A stretch of DNA of 64,000 bases from a virus. The DNA lies in the IMG/VR virus record IMGVR_UViG_3300012953_000015, positions 64,001 through 128,000 of that record. The stretch is one strand, 5' to 3'. Both the position numbers and the translations under genes were made by a program. The notes beneath the pieces were generated by a model, which saw nothing but the letters and a program-made list of their open reading frames with translations, was not told the origin of the DNA and did no database searches. Positions 1-7,678 of this stretch are shown here, in pieces; the stretch's first letter is position 1; the number at the start of each line of letters is the position of its first letter.

Positions 1-1164
1 ATGGATGCTATGCTTCAAGGCCTCCAGTTCAATAAGCTAAACGAAATGCAACGGAAACTGATAAAAAAAGCATATCAGGAATTGCTTTCTGAAGCTTTGT
101 TGATGAAGAGGCTGCTCCTAAAGGAGGGAGCAGAAGACCAATTGACTACTTCTTATAAACAAATGATAAAGGAGATTAAGAACATGACAAGAAGAAGCAG
201 TACCATCTTCCGCCGACTATTTGAAATCGATGAAATGGCAGATGAGATGGACAAAGACGAATTAGACATGGCCGATGATGAAGGAGCCATGAGAGAAGAA
301 GATGAAGAGGGTGGAGACGAAGCTGGTGGAGACGTTGATGTCGATGCTGCTAGTTCTGCTCTTGAAGACCTAGGTTCAGCATTAGGGCTTGACGTTGAGA
401 TCGAAGAAGGTGGAGACGACGAGGGTGATGATGAAGGCGATGACGAAGAAGAAATCGACCTAGGTGAATACGATGAAACTTCGCATGATGAGGAAGACGA
501 AGGCGCTATGCGTGAGTCTGATGAAGATGACGAAGAAGATGAGATGAAAGAAGCTGATGAAGTTTTTGAAATTGACGAAGGTATCCTTCGACGCGAGATC
601 AAGAGACTTCGACGACTTCGAGAAGCTGAAGGCGTAGACGCAGCCGCACTTGATGATTTCGGTGGTGGTGATGCTGAAGGCGACATGTTCGTTGACGTTG
701 ATGAGGATGACCTGATTAATGCTCTTGCTGATGAACTTGGCGATGCACCAGTTCCAACAGTCGAATCACGCCGTCGCAGAAGGGCTACTCGCCGCGCAAC
801 AGCTCAGAACAGAAAATTACAGAATGAGAATAGAAAGTTGAAGAAGCAGCTTTCTGAGATGAACCTTTTTAACGCAAAGCTTTTATATGTGAATAAGTTG
901 ATGCAGAATCGTAATGTGACACAAAAGCAACAGCGTGCCATTGTCGAGGCGCTTGATAATGCCAAGACCATTAGAGAGGCCAAGTTCCTTTATCAGGGGC
1001 TAGCCAAGTCTTTAGTTAAGCGTACTACTCGTACTATGAACGAGTCAGCAAACAGTCGTAAATTGCTTTCTTCAGCTAGCAAGTCTACTCGAAGCGGCTC
1101 CGCCGCTATCAATGAGGATACAGTCGCTGCAAGATGGGCAACCTTGGCTGGCATTAGAAAATAA
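1..1164 (+). CDS. Prohead scaffold/core protein (T4 gp22-like), possibly 5'-truncated by the window edge
   Basis: Very acidic D/E-rich middle, C-terminal coiled coil (LSEMNLFNAKLLYVNKL), ends in RWATLAGI; directly upstream of the MCP; many (L/M/I)-x-E sites. Confidence 0.8.
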   Translation: MDAMLQGLQFNKLNEMQRKLIKKAYQELLSEALLMKRLLLKEGAEDQLTTSYKQMIKEIKNMTRRSSTIFRRLFEIDEMADEMDKDELDMADDEGAMREEDEEGGDEAGGDVDVDAASSALEDLGSALGLDVEIEEGGDDEGDDEGDDEEEIDLGEYDETSHDEEDEGAMRESDEDDEEDEMKEADEVFEIDEGILRREIKRLRRLREAEGVDAAALDDFGGGDAEGDMFVDVDEDDLINALADELGDAPVPTVESRRRRRATRRATAQNRKLQNENRKLKKQLSEMNLFNAKLLYVNKLMQNRNVTQKQQRAIVEALDNAKTIREAKFLYQGLAKSLVKRTTRTMNESANSRKLLSSASKSTRSGSAAINEDTVAARWATLAGIRK

Positions 1165-1194
1165 TCAACTAATTTATATTTAAGGAGAAAACAA

Positions 1195-3168
1195 ATGAGT
1201 TTTTCATTAAGTCAGTTGACGGAAGGTATCAAGGCACGTAATGTTGGCCAGGGTAACCGTCGACTGTTAGAAAAGTGGGGTCGTACTGGCCTCCTTCGCG
1301 GCCTCGAAGGCACACATCGCGAAAACATGGCCACCCTCCTGGAAAACCAGGCTGGGCAGGTCCTTCGAGAGGCTTCATCTCTCGGTGGTGACGGCGCTGG
1401 ATCTGATATCCGTGGTTTCACCAACATCGCATTCCCAATCGTTCGTCGTGTATTCGGTGGATTGATTGCTAACGAGCTTGTGTCAATCCAGCCGATGAGC
1501 CTTCCTTCTGGTCTGCTCTTCTACCTCGATTACACATACGGTACCGACGTCGGTGGTGACATCGGAACATCTGAGGCTGCATACAGCAAGGGTGATTCGA
1601 TCTACGGTTCACCTGTTAACCCGGGTCGTGGCAACGATGGCGCTGACGCTGTAGGCGGTCAGTATGACTTAGCTGGTACTGGTTATTCAAAGGCACGAGT
1701 TGAAAAGGAAGCAGTTCAGCTTCCAGAAACAGCTCTTAACGCGGGTGGTGGTACTCAGCAGGCTGCTGCATTACTCAAGCTTGGTGCTTTTGGAGCTAAT
1801 GATGCATGGTCAGGTAAGCCTACTGGTGCCAATAAGCCAGCTCTTTTGACGGCTTCTGGTCAGGACTTACGTCTCGTAGACTTCGATCCACAGATTATCG
1901 CTGAGATTGAAGCTGGCGAAGAGTATGCTGCTCTTTTTATCCCATGGTCAACAGGAAACTTTCCTAACTTTGACGCAAGACAGGTTAAAGAGATTACCAT
2001 CAACGCAACTCAGGTTACCGGTTTCGGTGCAGTTCCTGCAACAATCCAGGGTGGTTCTGCAGTTGCTAACGTTAAGCGTTTGAACAGGATTGTCAAGTCT
2101 GATGCAAATGCCGCTCCATTTTCTGGTAAGTCGAGTGCACCAGCAACTGAAGGTGCAGCCGGTCCTATCGATATGGCAGCCGCCGCAGCTACTCACTTCT
2201 TGCTCATGGTCGTTAAGATCAGCGGTACAGTTGCTAATAACCAGCTCACATCTGCTGATACAGCAGCAACTGTCTCGGTTATAGACGTCAGTGGTGTTAA
2301 GGGAGCTACTACAAGCGCTGATGACCTTTCAACAGTTGTTTCACCAGCTTTTGAGTCAGACTTCGCAATCGATGCTGGTGACATTCCAGAGATTGACATC
2401 AAGATTGAGTCAGTATCTGTTGTTGCTCAGACCCGTAAGTTACGCGCTAAGTGGTCACCAGAACTCGCACAGGACTTGAATGCATACCACAGCCTTGACG
2501 CTGAGGTTGAGCTTACTCAGATTCTTTCTGAGCAGGTTGCACTCGAGATTGACCGTGAGATTCTTGGAGACCTTCTCGGAGAGGCTGGCGCAGCTAACTT
2601 CTTCTGGAGCCGTTCACCTGGTAACTTCGTTAACAAGAGAACTGGTGCTGCTATTTCTCGTGGTTCTTCACTTCGCCCTGGACCAGCTTTCACTGGTACA
2701 GTTCGTGAGTGGTATGAGACTCTCGTTGAGACCATCATCGATGTTTCCAATGAGATTCACAGAAAGACGCTCCGTGGTTCTGGTAACTTCATGGTTGTTA
2801 GCCCTGAGGTTGCTACCGTTCTTGAAGCTAGCGTTCTTTACAAGCCAGCTCTTTCCCTCGATGGTGAAGGCCAGGTTGCAATGCCAATGGCTCTTGGAGC
2901 TGAGAAGGTTGGTACCCTTTCAAGCCGTTTCACGGTTTACAAGGACCCATACTTTCCTCGTAACAAGATCCTTGTTGGATTCAAGGGCAGCAGCTACTTA
3001 GAGACAGGATATGTTTACGCTCCGTACGTACCATTGATCGTCACTCCAACTATTTTTGCTCCAGAGGATTTCACCCCAAGAAAGGGTGTCATGACTCGTT
3101 ACGGTAAGAAGATGGTTCGTGCTGACTTCTACGGTACTGTTACATGCTTAGACATGGACATTATCTAA
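1195..3168 (+). CDS. gp23: Major capsid protein, T4 gp23 family, with a large Ala/Gly/Thr-rich insertion
   Basis: Motifs LLENQ, PIVRRVF..LIANELVSIQPM, TRKLRAKWSPELAQDLNAYH, EIDREI, YAPYVPL, FTPRKGVMTRYG; SD AAGGAG. Confidence 0.95.
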   Translation: MSFSLSQLTEGIKARNVGQGNRRLLEKWGRTGLLRGLEGTHRENMATLLENQAGQVLREASSLGGDGAGSDIRGFTNIAFPIVRRVFGGLIANELVSIQPMSLPSGLLFYLDYTYGTDVGGDIGTSEAAYSKGDSIYGSPVNPGRGNDGADAVGGQYDLAGTGYSKARVEKEAVQLPETALNAGGGTQQAAALLKLGAFGANDAWSGKPTGANKPALLTASGQDLRLVDFDPQIIAEIEAGEEYAALFIPWSTGNFPNFDARQVKEITINATQVTGFGAVPATIQGGSAVANVKRLNRIVKSDANAAPFSGKSSAPATEGAAGPIDMAAAAATHFLLMVVKISGTVANNQLTSADTAATVSVIDVSGVKGATTSADDLSTVVSPAFESDFAIDAGDIPEIDIKIESVSVVAQTRKLRAKWSPELAQDLNAYHSLDAEVELTQILSEQVALEIDREILGDLLGEAGAANFFWSRSPGNFVNKRTGAAISRGSSLRPGPAFTGTVREWYETLVETIIDVSNEIHRKTLRGSGNFMVVSPEVATVLEASVLYKPALSLDGEGQVAMPMALGAEKVGTLSSRFTVYKDPYFPRNKILVGFKGSSYLETGYVYAPYVPLIVTPTIFAPEDFTPRKGVMTRYGKKMVRADFYGTVTCLDMDII

Positions 3169-3191
3169 TAGAGTTATAATACTCTAAGATT

Positions 3192-3222
3192 AAAGGGAGG
3201 CCTTTGGCCTCCCTTTTTTTTT
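3192..3222 (+). terminator. Rho-independent terminator after the MCP gene
   Basis: AAAGGGAGGCC-TTT-GGCCTCCCTTT followed by a T-run. Confidence 0.9.
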
Positions 3223-3279
3223 ACTTTATTGATTCTCTAATATATTTAATAAATGATTTAGCCAATTTTGGGAGGATAA

Positions 3280-4842
3280 ATGAAACTCACTGAACTCTAC
3301 GGATACAAACCTCGAAAGAATAATAAGTTAAAAGAAAACAAAAAGCGCCTTAGCTTAGTTAATTTGCTATTTGAAGACGAATCTTTGAAGAAGCAAATCA
3401 AAGCTGTTGATGCTAAGCCAATTACGCTTGTTGTTCTTTACGGCCCTCCTGCTGCCGGTAAAGGAGCTGCTAAGAAAGCTATTGGCGACTTTATTGGATC
3501 AAATGACGAGCAAAATTTTGAAGACTATCTAGACACCCTCACCGATGACGGCGCTTCGCAATTTCAAGAAGAAGATGCCGCAATGACTGATGTCACTAGC
3601 AAAGCTTTAGCTCCCGCAGTTTATAATGAGATTGAAGCAAGAGTCGACAAAGGCGAGTCTTTCGAAGACGTTATTGGTGATTATTTCCATGTTAACGAAA
3701 AGGGAGTTAAGTTTGAACTTAGTTCTATTCTCAGTAAGTCAGCTTTCGAAAAGATCAAAGATGGAGGTGGTTCAGACGAGTTTGCTAAATTCCCAAACAC
3801 AAAAGCATTCTTTACGCAAGCTCGCGGGTTCTCAAAGACCATCGACGGTTTAAGCGATGACATCAATAAGATGCTCGGACCAAATGATGGTAACCCGACT
3901 TTAGGCTTGAGAGCTGGCGCTGCCGCTCGCTACCTTGGGGATATCAAGAAAGAAATGATGTCGATGATGTCTGGCGTTAAAGAAGTTGGTTCAACTGCTT
4001 ACGCTAGCGTCTATCTTGCTGATCAAGCAGGAGAGTCAACAGCAAATACAGATCGAATATCACAGCTTGGCAAATTAAAGGGTGATGAAGATTTTGCAGG
4101 TTTAAAGATCATTGGTATCTATATCCATCAACCAGCTGACAGAACTCGTATAGCAAACCTCCACAGAGCCTCAACAGGTGGCCGACGAGTAGCTCAATCA
4201 GAAGTTGACCGCATCTTTGCCGCTAGTCCTGAAATTGATGCTAATGGAAACATTACTAAAAAAGGCCCGGCACTTGAAGCCATGGAATCAGCTGGATTTG
4301 ATCAAATCCACTTATACTATCCACCTAATCCGTTTGATCCCGAAGGTGTTAAAGTTGATGGCCAAGAAATCGGTAACGCGATTTGCGAGCCACTTGGTTC
4401 TGGAAAAGGTCATTTAGACATTGAGGGCTGCGAAGATGAAGCGGATGGGCCAAAAACAGGCGCGCGGTCCCTTGCCGGTATGGAAAAATACGCAGCAAAG
4501 AGAGCTAACGTAGATGACGAACGAGTTGAGAAAGCTGGTGGTGGTTTACCTGATGATCTTTCTAACGAAGAAAAAGAGAAAGTTGTTGCCGCATTTGAGA
4601 AGATGAAGTTTAGTGGAGTATCTGTAGCCGATTTAGATAAATACATGAGCAAGATTAAACCACCAAAGATTCGTGGAGCAACGAAGCATGGTCAAGTCCC
4701 ATGGAAAGATGATCTTTTTGGTGATGGCACCAACCCAACCGAAAAAGTGACAATAAAAGATGAGTCAGCTAGAACTCGTAAGACAAAAGGCGATGTTCTC
4801 CTCGAACGTTGGTTGAAGAACGCTGGTCTATTAAACGATTAA
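3280..4842 (+). CDS. P-loop kinase-like (zeta-toxin-like) protein, probably virion-associated
   Basis: Walker A VVLYGPPAAGKG; RASTGGRRVAQSEV resembles the RxxxGGHxV motif of zeta-like kinases; C-terminal ERWLKNAGLL. Confidence 0.6.
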   Translation: MKLTELYGYKPRKNNKLKENKKRLSLVNLLFEDESLKKQIKAVDAKPITLVVLYGPPAAGKGAAKKAIGDFIGSNDEQNFEDYLDTLTDDGASQFQEEDAAMTDVTSKALAPAVYNEIEARVDKGESFEDVIGDYFHVNEKGVKFELSSILSKSAFEKIKDGGGSDEFAKFPNTKAFFTQARGFSKTIDGLSDDINKMLGPNDGNPTLGLRAGAAARYLGDIKKEMMSMMSGVKEVGSTAYASVYLADQAGESTANTDRISQLGKLKGDEDFAGLKIIGIYIHQPADRTRIANLHRASTGGRRVAQSEVDRIFAASPEIDANGNITKKGPALEAMESAGFDQIHLYYPPNPFDPEGVKVDGQEIGNAICEPLGSGKGHLDIEGCEDEADGPKTGARSLAGMEKYAAKRANVDDERVEKAGGGLPDDLSNEEKEKVVAAFEKMKFSGVSVADLDKYMSKIKPPKIRGATKHGQVPWKDDLFGDGTNPTEKVTIKDESARTRKTKGDVLLERWLKNAGLLND

Positions 4843-4899
4843 CACAAGTTTAATTACTATTATACTTCTAATTGAAAAGTCATCAGAGGAGTATTTAAT

Positions 4900-5196
4900 A
4901 TGGCTACAACAAGGACAAAAAAAACAGCTGGAGCTTCAAAGCCAGCTGCGACGAAGACTGCTGCTAAACCAGCCCCGGCAAAGAATGCTGAATTAGACAA
5001 ACTCTCAAAGAGGGTTACTCAACTTGAAAAGCAAGTTGCAGCCCTAGAATCAGCCCCAGCCCCAGTTGCAACCGACAAGGGTTTAAGGCAAGAATTAGTA
5101 AACTTGCGTAATCAATTTCAGCAAGTTGCCACTATATTGCATGAACAAACCGACTCAAGGGTTGTTTCGAAATTAATAAGGCGCCTTTTTCAGTAG
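4900..5196 (+). CDS. Hypothetical protein (basic Ala/Lys N-terminus plus coiled coil)
   Basis: ORF with SD GAGGAG in the structural module. Confidence 0.6.
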   Translation: MATTRTKKTAGASKPAATKTAAKPAPAKNAELDKLSKRVTQLEKQVAALESAPAPVATDKGLRQELVNLRNQFQQVATILHEQTDSRVVSKLIRRLFQ

Positions 5197-5224
5197 GTTT
5201 TTTTTGTAAATTCAATCTCTCTCT

Positions 5225-5231
5225 ATAATTA
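5225..5231 (+). promoter_or_regulatory. Putative phage late promoter ATANTTA (one of about 10 copies)
   Basis: The same motif precedes structural genes at 3242, 5964, 7650, 10800, 19256, 21011, 21305, and also occurs at 35264 and 43754. Confidence 0.6.
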
Positions 5232-5236
5232 TTAAC

Positions 5237-5311
5237 AGGCCCGGTCCATTATAATCACTTGACACCCACGAGGGATCGGAATCATTGGGAGCAAAGGAGA
5301 AAGATTATGCC
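5237..5311 (+). ncRNA. Structured cis-regulatory 5' leader RNA, copy 1 (double pseudoknot)
   Basis: P1 CCGGTCC/GGATCGG, P2 CTTG/CGAG, PK1 CCCA/TGGG, PK2 TAATC/GATTA, GGC/GCC; covaries with copy 2. Confidence 0.75.
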
Positions 5312-5885
5312 AAAAGTAACGCTTACTGCCGCGAAAGGACTTGTGCAAGAGACAGGTAGCGGCACAATTTCAACCCCTATGGGGATTATCGCACCGCAAC
5401 TAAATAAGACAGCTGTTGCCGGTGGAGGTGCTTTCGCCCCCTTGGCGCTTGTAGCAAATACTCACTACTTGGTAGGAGGCTCACTAAATAACTCAGCACT
5501 CACTGTACCCGCTGGTTCCCCAGGAGACGTTATTATTATTGAGCACACAACCGAAACCGCTGGTGAGCTTACAGTTGCTAACGGGCAAGCTGTTTCTATA
5601 ACTTGCGATGCATCTCAAGTTTCTTTTTCTGCGAACAGTTCTCTAAAAGCGATCGTAACCGCTGCGACAAACGGAGCTGCTCTTCTTGGCATGGCTCTTG
5701 ATGCTATCACTGCGAATGGCACCAACGACAATGTTTTAACCTTGACCGGTGCCACCAATGCCGGTCCTGGAATGGGTACTTACATTTGTTTGACAAGAGA
5801 GGCGACTCTTTGGCGTATTGAGGGTTGGATCTGGGGCTCAGGCGCTCAGACCGGTAACGCACTTGCAACGGCTGCATTTAGCTGA
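5307..5885 (+). CDS. Putative capsid decoration/fibre protein, paralogue A
   Basis: Start refined to the ATG after SD AAAGGAG; N-terminus MPKVTLTAAKGLVQETGSG is shared with the next two genes; Gly/Ala/Thr-rich, beta-type composition. Confidence 0.6.
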   Translation: MPKVTLTAAKGLVQETGSGTISTPMGIIAPQLNKTAVAGGGAFAPLALVANTHYLVGGSLNNSALTVPAGSPGDVIIIEHTTETAGELTVANGQAVSITCDASQVSFSANSSLKAIVTAATNGAALLGMALDAITANGTNDNVLTLTGATNAGPGMGTYICLTREATLWRIEGWIWGSGAQTGNALATAAFS

Positions 5886-5910
5886 TACCTAAAATAAGAC
5901 AAACTTTGTT

Positions 5911-5940
5911 AAACCGCGCCTAGACGGCGCGGTTTTTATT
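5911..5940 (+). terminator. Rho-independent terminator
   Basis: AAACCGCGCC-TAGAC-GGCGCGGTTT plus T-rich tail. Confidence 0.9.
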
Positions 5941-5975
5941 TATTGTAAATTCAATATTTATCTATAATTATTAGT

Positions 5976-6050
5976 AGGCCCGCATCATTTTGATCAGCTG
6001 ACCCTGCCAGCGATGTGGAATCTTGCAGACAAAAGGAGAAAGATCATGCC
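5976..6050 (+). ncRNA. Structured cis-regulatory 5' leader RNA, copy 2 (double pseudoknot)
   Basis: P1 CCGCATC/GATGTGG, P2 GCTG/CAGC, PK1 CTGC/GCAG, PK2 TGATC/GATCA, GGC/GCC; gap-free alignment to copy 1. Confidence 0.75.
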
Positions 6051-6441
6051 AAACGTAACTTATAGCGGTACACAGGGTATCGTTCAATCATCAGGTACTG
6101 GCGGTTTTACCGTTCAGGGAGTCGGGATCGCACTCGACGTTGAAACAATCACAGGCATTGCTGACGACAATACCACACTCAAGGCTTACGGAGTTTCTAA
6201 GGTTGCAACCGACAACAACGGTAACCGAGAAGTAACCGTTGAGAATCCAGTTGATGTAACTGGTGCAGCCGGCCAGACAAAGCTAATCGTTAAGACAGAC
6301 GGTAACAACGAGGTTGCAGTCAGGTCAGTTGCAACTAACGCAGCCGGCTTGGTTGGTGACAGCCTTAACAACGCTAACGATTATATCTTGTTGATGTGGA
6401 CTGGAACTGACTGGGTTTGCGTAGCGGATGCAACAGCATAA
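6046..6441 (+). CDS. Putative capsid decoration/fibre protein, paralogue B
   Basis: MPNVTYSGTQGIVQSSGTG N-terminus; C-terminal LLMWTGTDW; SD AAAGGAG. Confidence 0.6.
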   Translation: MPNVTYSGTQGIVQSSGTGGFTVQGVGIALDVETITGIADDNTTLKAYGVSKVATDNNGNREVTVENPVDVTGAAGQTKLIVKTDGNNEVAVRSVATNAAGLVGDSLNNANDYILLMWTGTDWVCVADATA

Positions 6442-6458
6442 TAGGAGGTAAAGATTAA

Positions 6459-7601
6459 ATGGCTATTCAAGCAAAATATACTCCTACAGCAGGACTACAA
6501 CAAAATAAAGTTGTTGGTAAAATGACAGGTACTTTAGATCTTACCGCTGATGTTGTTTTAACAAATACGGGATTTGGAGAGGAAGCAAAAACTTTTACTT
6601 TGGAAGTAATTGCAGATGCTGCTAACCCGGGTGCCACAGTATTGGCAGCTTTTACCGGTACTCAATCTGCTGTTATTTTAACCATTACCCCAAACAATGG
6701 CGATAACAACGGAAACACTGACGTTGATCTCACAACAGCCCAAATTGCTGAGCTTATTAACTACGGATCAGTTGATGGCGTGGATGTAACATTAACAGAT
6801 GACTTGGGATTGAGAACTTTGCAAAGTGCAGAGGGCGGTGGAGCTCAGCCGGTTGTAAATGCTGGTGAGGGCGATAGCGTAACTGCAACATTTTCTGGCA
6901 CTCACTTAACAGAATTTCATGTTTCAGGTGTTGGAGTCTCGTCAGACCTTGAGACAGTAACCGCGCAGCGAGTAACAATTCAAGCTGTTGCTTCTAATGA
7001 CAATGCTGCAGGAACTTCTTTTCGCCTTACTAACGGTGATGGAGTTGAAACAAGGTTTTTCGTACAGATAGCTGGCGCTCCTGCTCTACCATCTGGTCAT
7101 GTAGCTTTAAATGAGGATGCTGGTGAAAACGTAGCAAATACTGCCACAACTTTGGCGGGTCAAATTAATGCAGTATCAGGTTTCTCAGCTTCTGCTGATG
7201 GAGGCGGATTAATTACTGTTATAAATGATAAGACTGGAGTTTCAGCTCTACCTGTTCAAGGAACATCAACGCTAGTTATATCTGTAACAAAAGCAGGCTC
7301 TGGCACCAATGGTGGAGTTATTAAAACAACCGGCGTTACTATCATCGATGCTATCGCTAATACTGAAATGACTTTAGGGGATTTGACAGCTGCTCAAATT
7401 GGTACAATGAAGTTGATTAAGAGGGCTACTGCTGCTCAAGCAGGAGCTAACGCTGATGTAACGATTGCATCTCACGACGGTGGTGCCGCCGAAGAGAAGC
7501 GTTTTGGAGATGGTCAGCAAGCAACTTTGATCTGGCTAGGCACTCAATGGGCGGATATTGCTCGAGCTGGAGCAAATAGAAATTCTGCTACCGAACCTTA
7601 A
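6459..7601 (+). CDS. Putative decoration/fibre protein, paralogue C, with two inserted domains
   Basis: Blocks colinear with paralogue B (FHVSGVGVSSDLETVT vs FTVQGVGIALDVETIT; GTMKLIK vs GQTKLIV; LIWLGTQW vs LMWTGTDW). Confidence 0.6.
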   Translation: MAIQAKYTPTAGLQQNKVVGKMTGTLDLTADVVLTNTGFGEEAKTFTLEVIADAANPGATVLAAFTGTQSAVILTITPNNGDNNGNTDVDLTTAQIAELINYGSVDGVDVTLTDDLGLRTLQSAEGGGAQPVVNAGEGDSVTATFSGTHLTEFHVSGVGVSSDLETVTAQRVTIQAVASNDNAAGTSFRLTNGDGVETRFFVQIAGAPALPSGHVALNEDAGENVANTATTLAGQINAVSGFSASADGGGLITVINDKTGVSALPVQGTSTLVISVTKAGSGTNGGVIKTTGVTIIDAIANTEMTLGDLTAAQIGTMKLIKRATAAQAGANADVTIASHDGGAAEEKRFGDGQQATLIWLGTQWADIARAGANRNSATEP

Positions 7602-7627
7602 TTAGAAAATTTCTAATTTAATATCTT

Positions 7628-7678
7628 AAGACATTCTCACTTCTATTCCATATTTAGTTTAGGAGTGAGATATGTCTT
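7628..7678 (+). promoter_or_regulatory. RBS/start-codon-sequestering hairpin with the late promoter motif in its loop
   Basis: AAGACAT+TCTCACTTCTA pairs with TAGGAGTGAGA+ATGTCTT; ATATTTA at 7650-7656 lies in the loop. Confidence 0.7.

Noticed and set aside
270-560. GAT/GAA-rich quasi-repeats
   Set aside because: Explained by the acidic low-complexity scaffold coding sequence (repeated DEGAMRE), not a DNA repeat element.
5259-6045. Upstream starts given by the ORF track (5259, 6013) as leader peptides or N-terminal extensions
   Set aside because: A strong SD AAAGGAG precedes the ATGs at 5307 and 6046, and the extensions fall inside the structured leader.
5204-6060. The repeated leader read as a CRISPR repeat, a known ribozyme (hammerhead, HDV/theta, twister) or a sigma70 promoter
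   Set aside because: Only two copies, separated by a gene; no CUGAUGA/GAAA or HDV-type core is recognisable; the TTGTAA-TATAAT spacing is 14 nt, not about 17.
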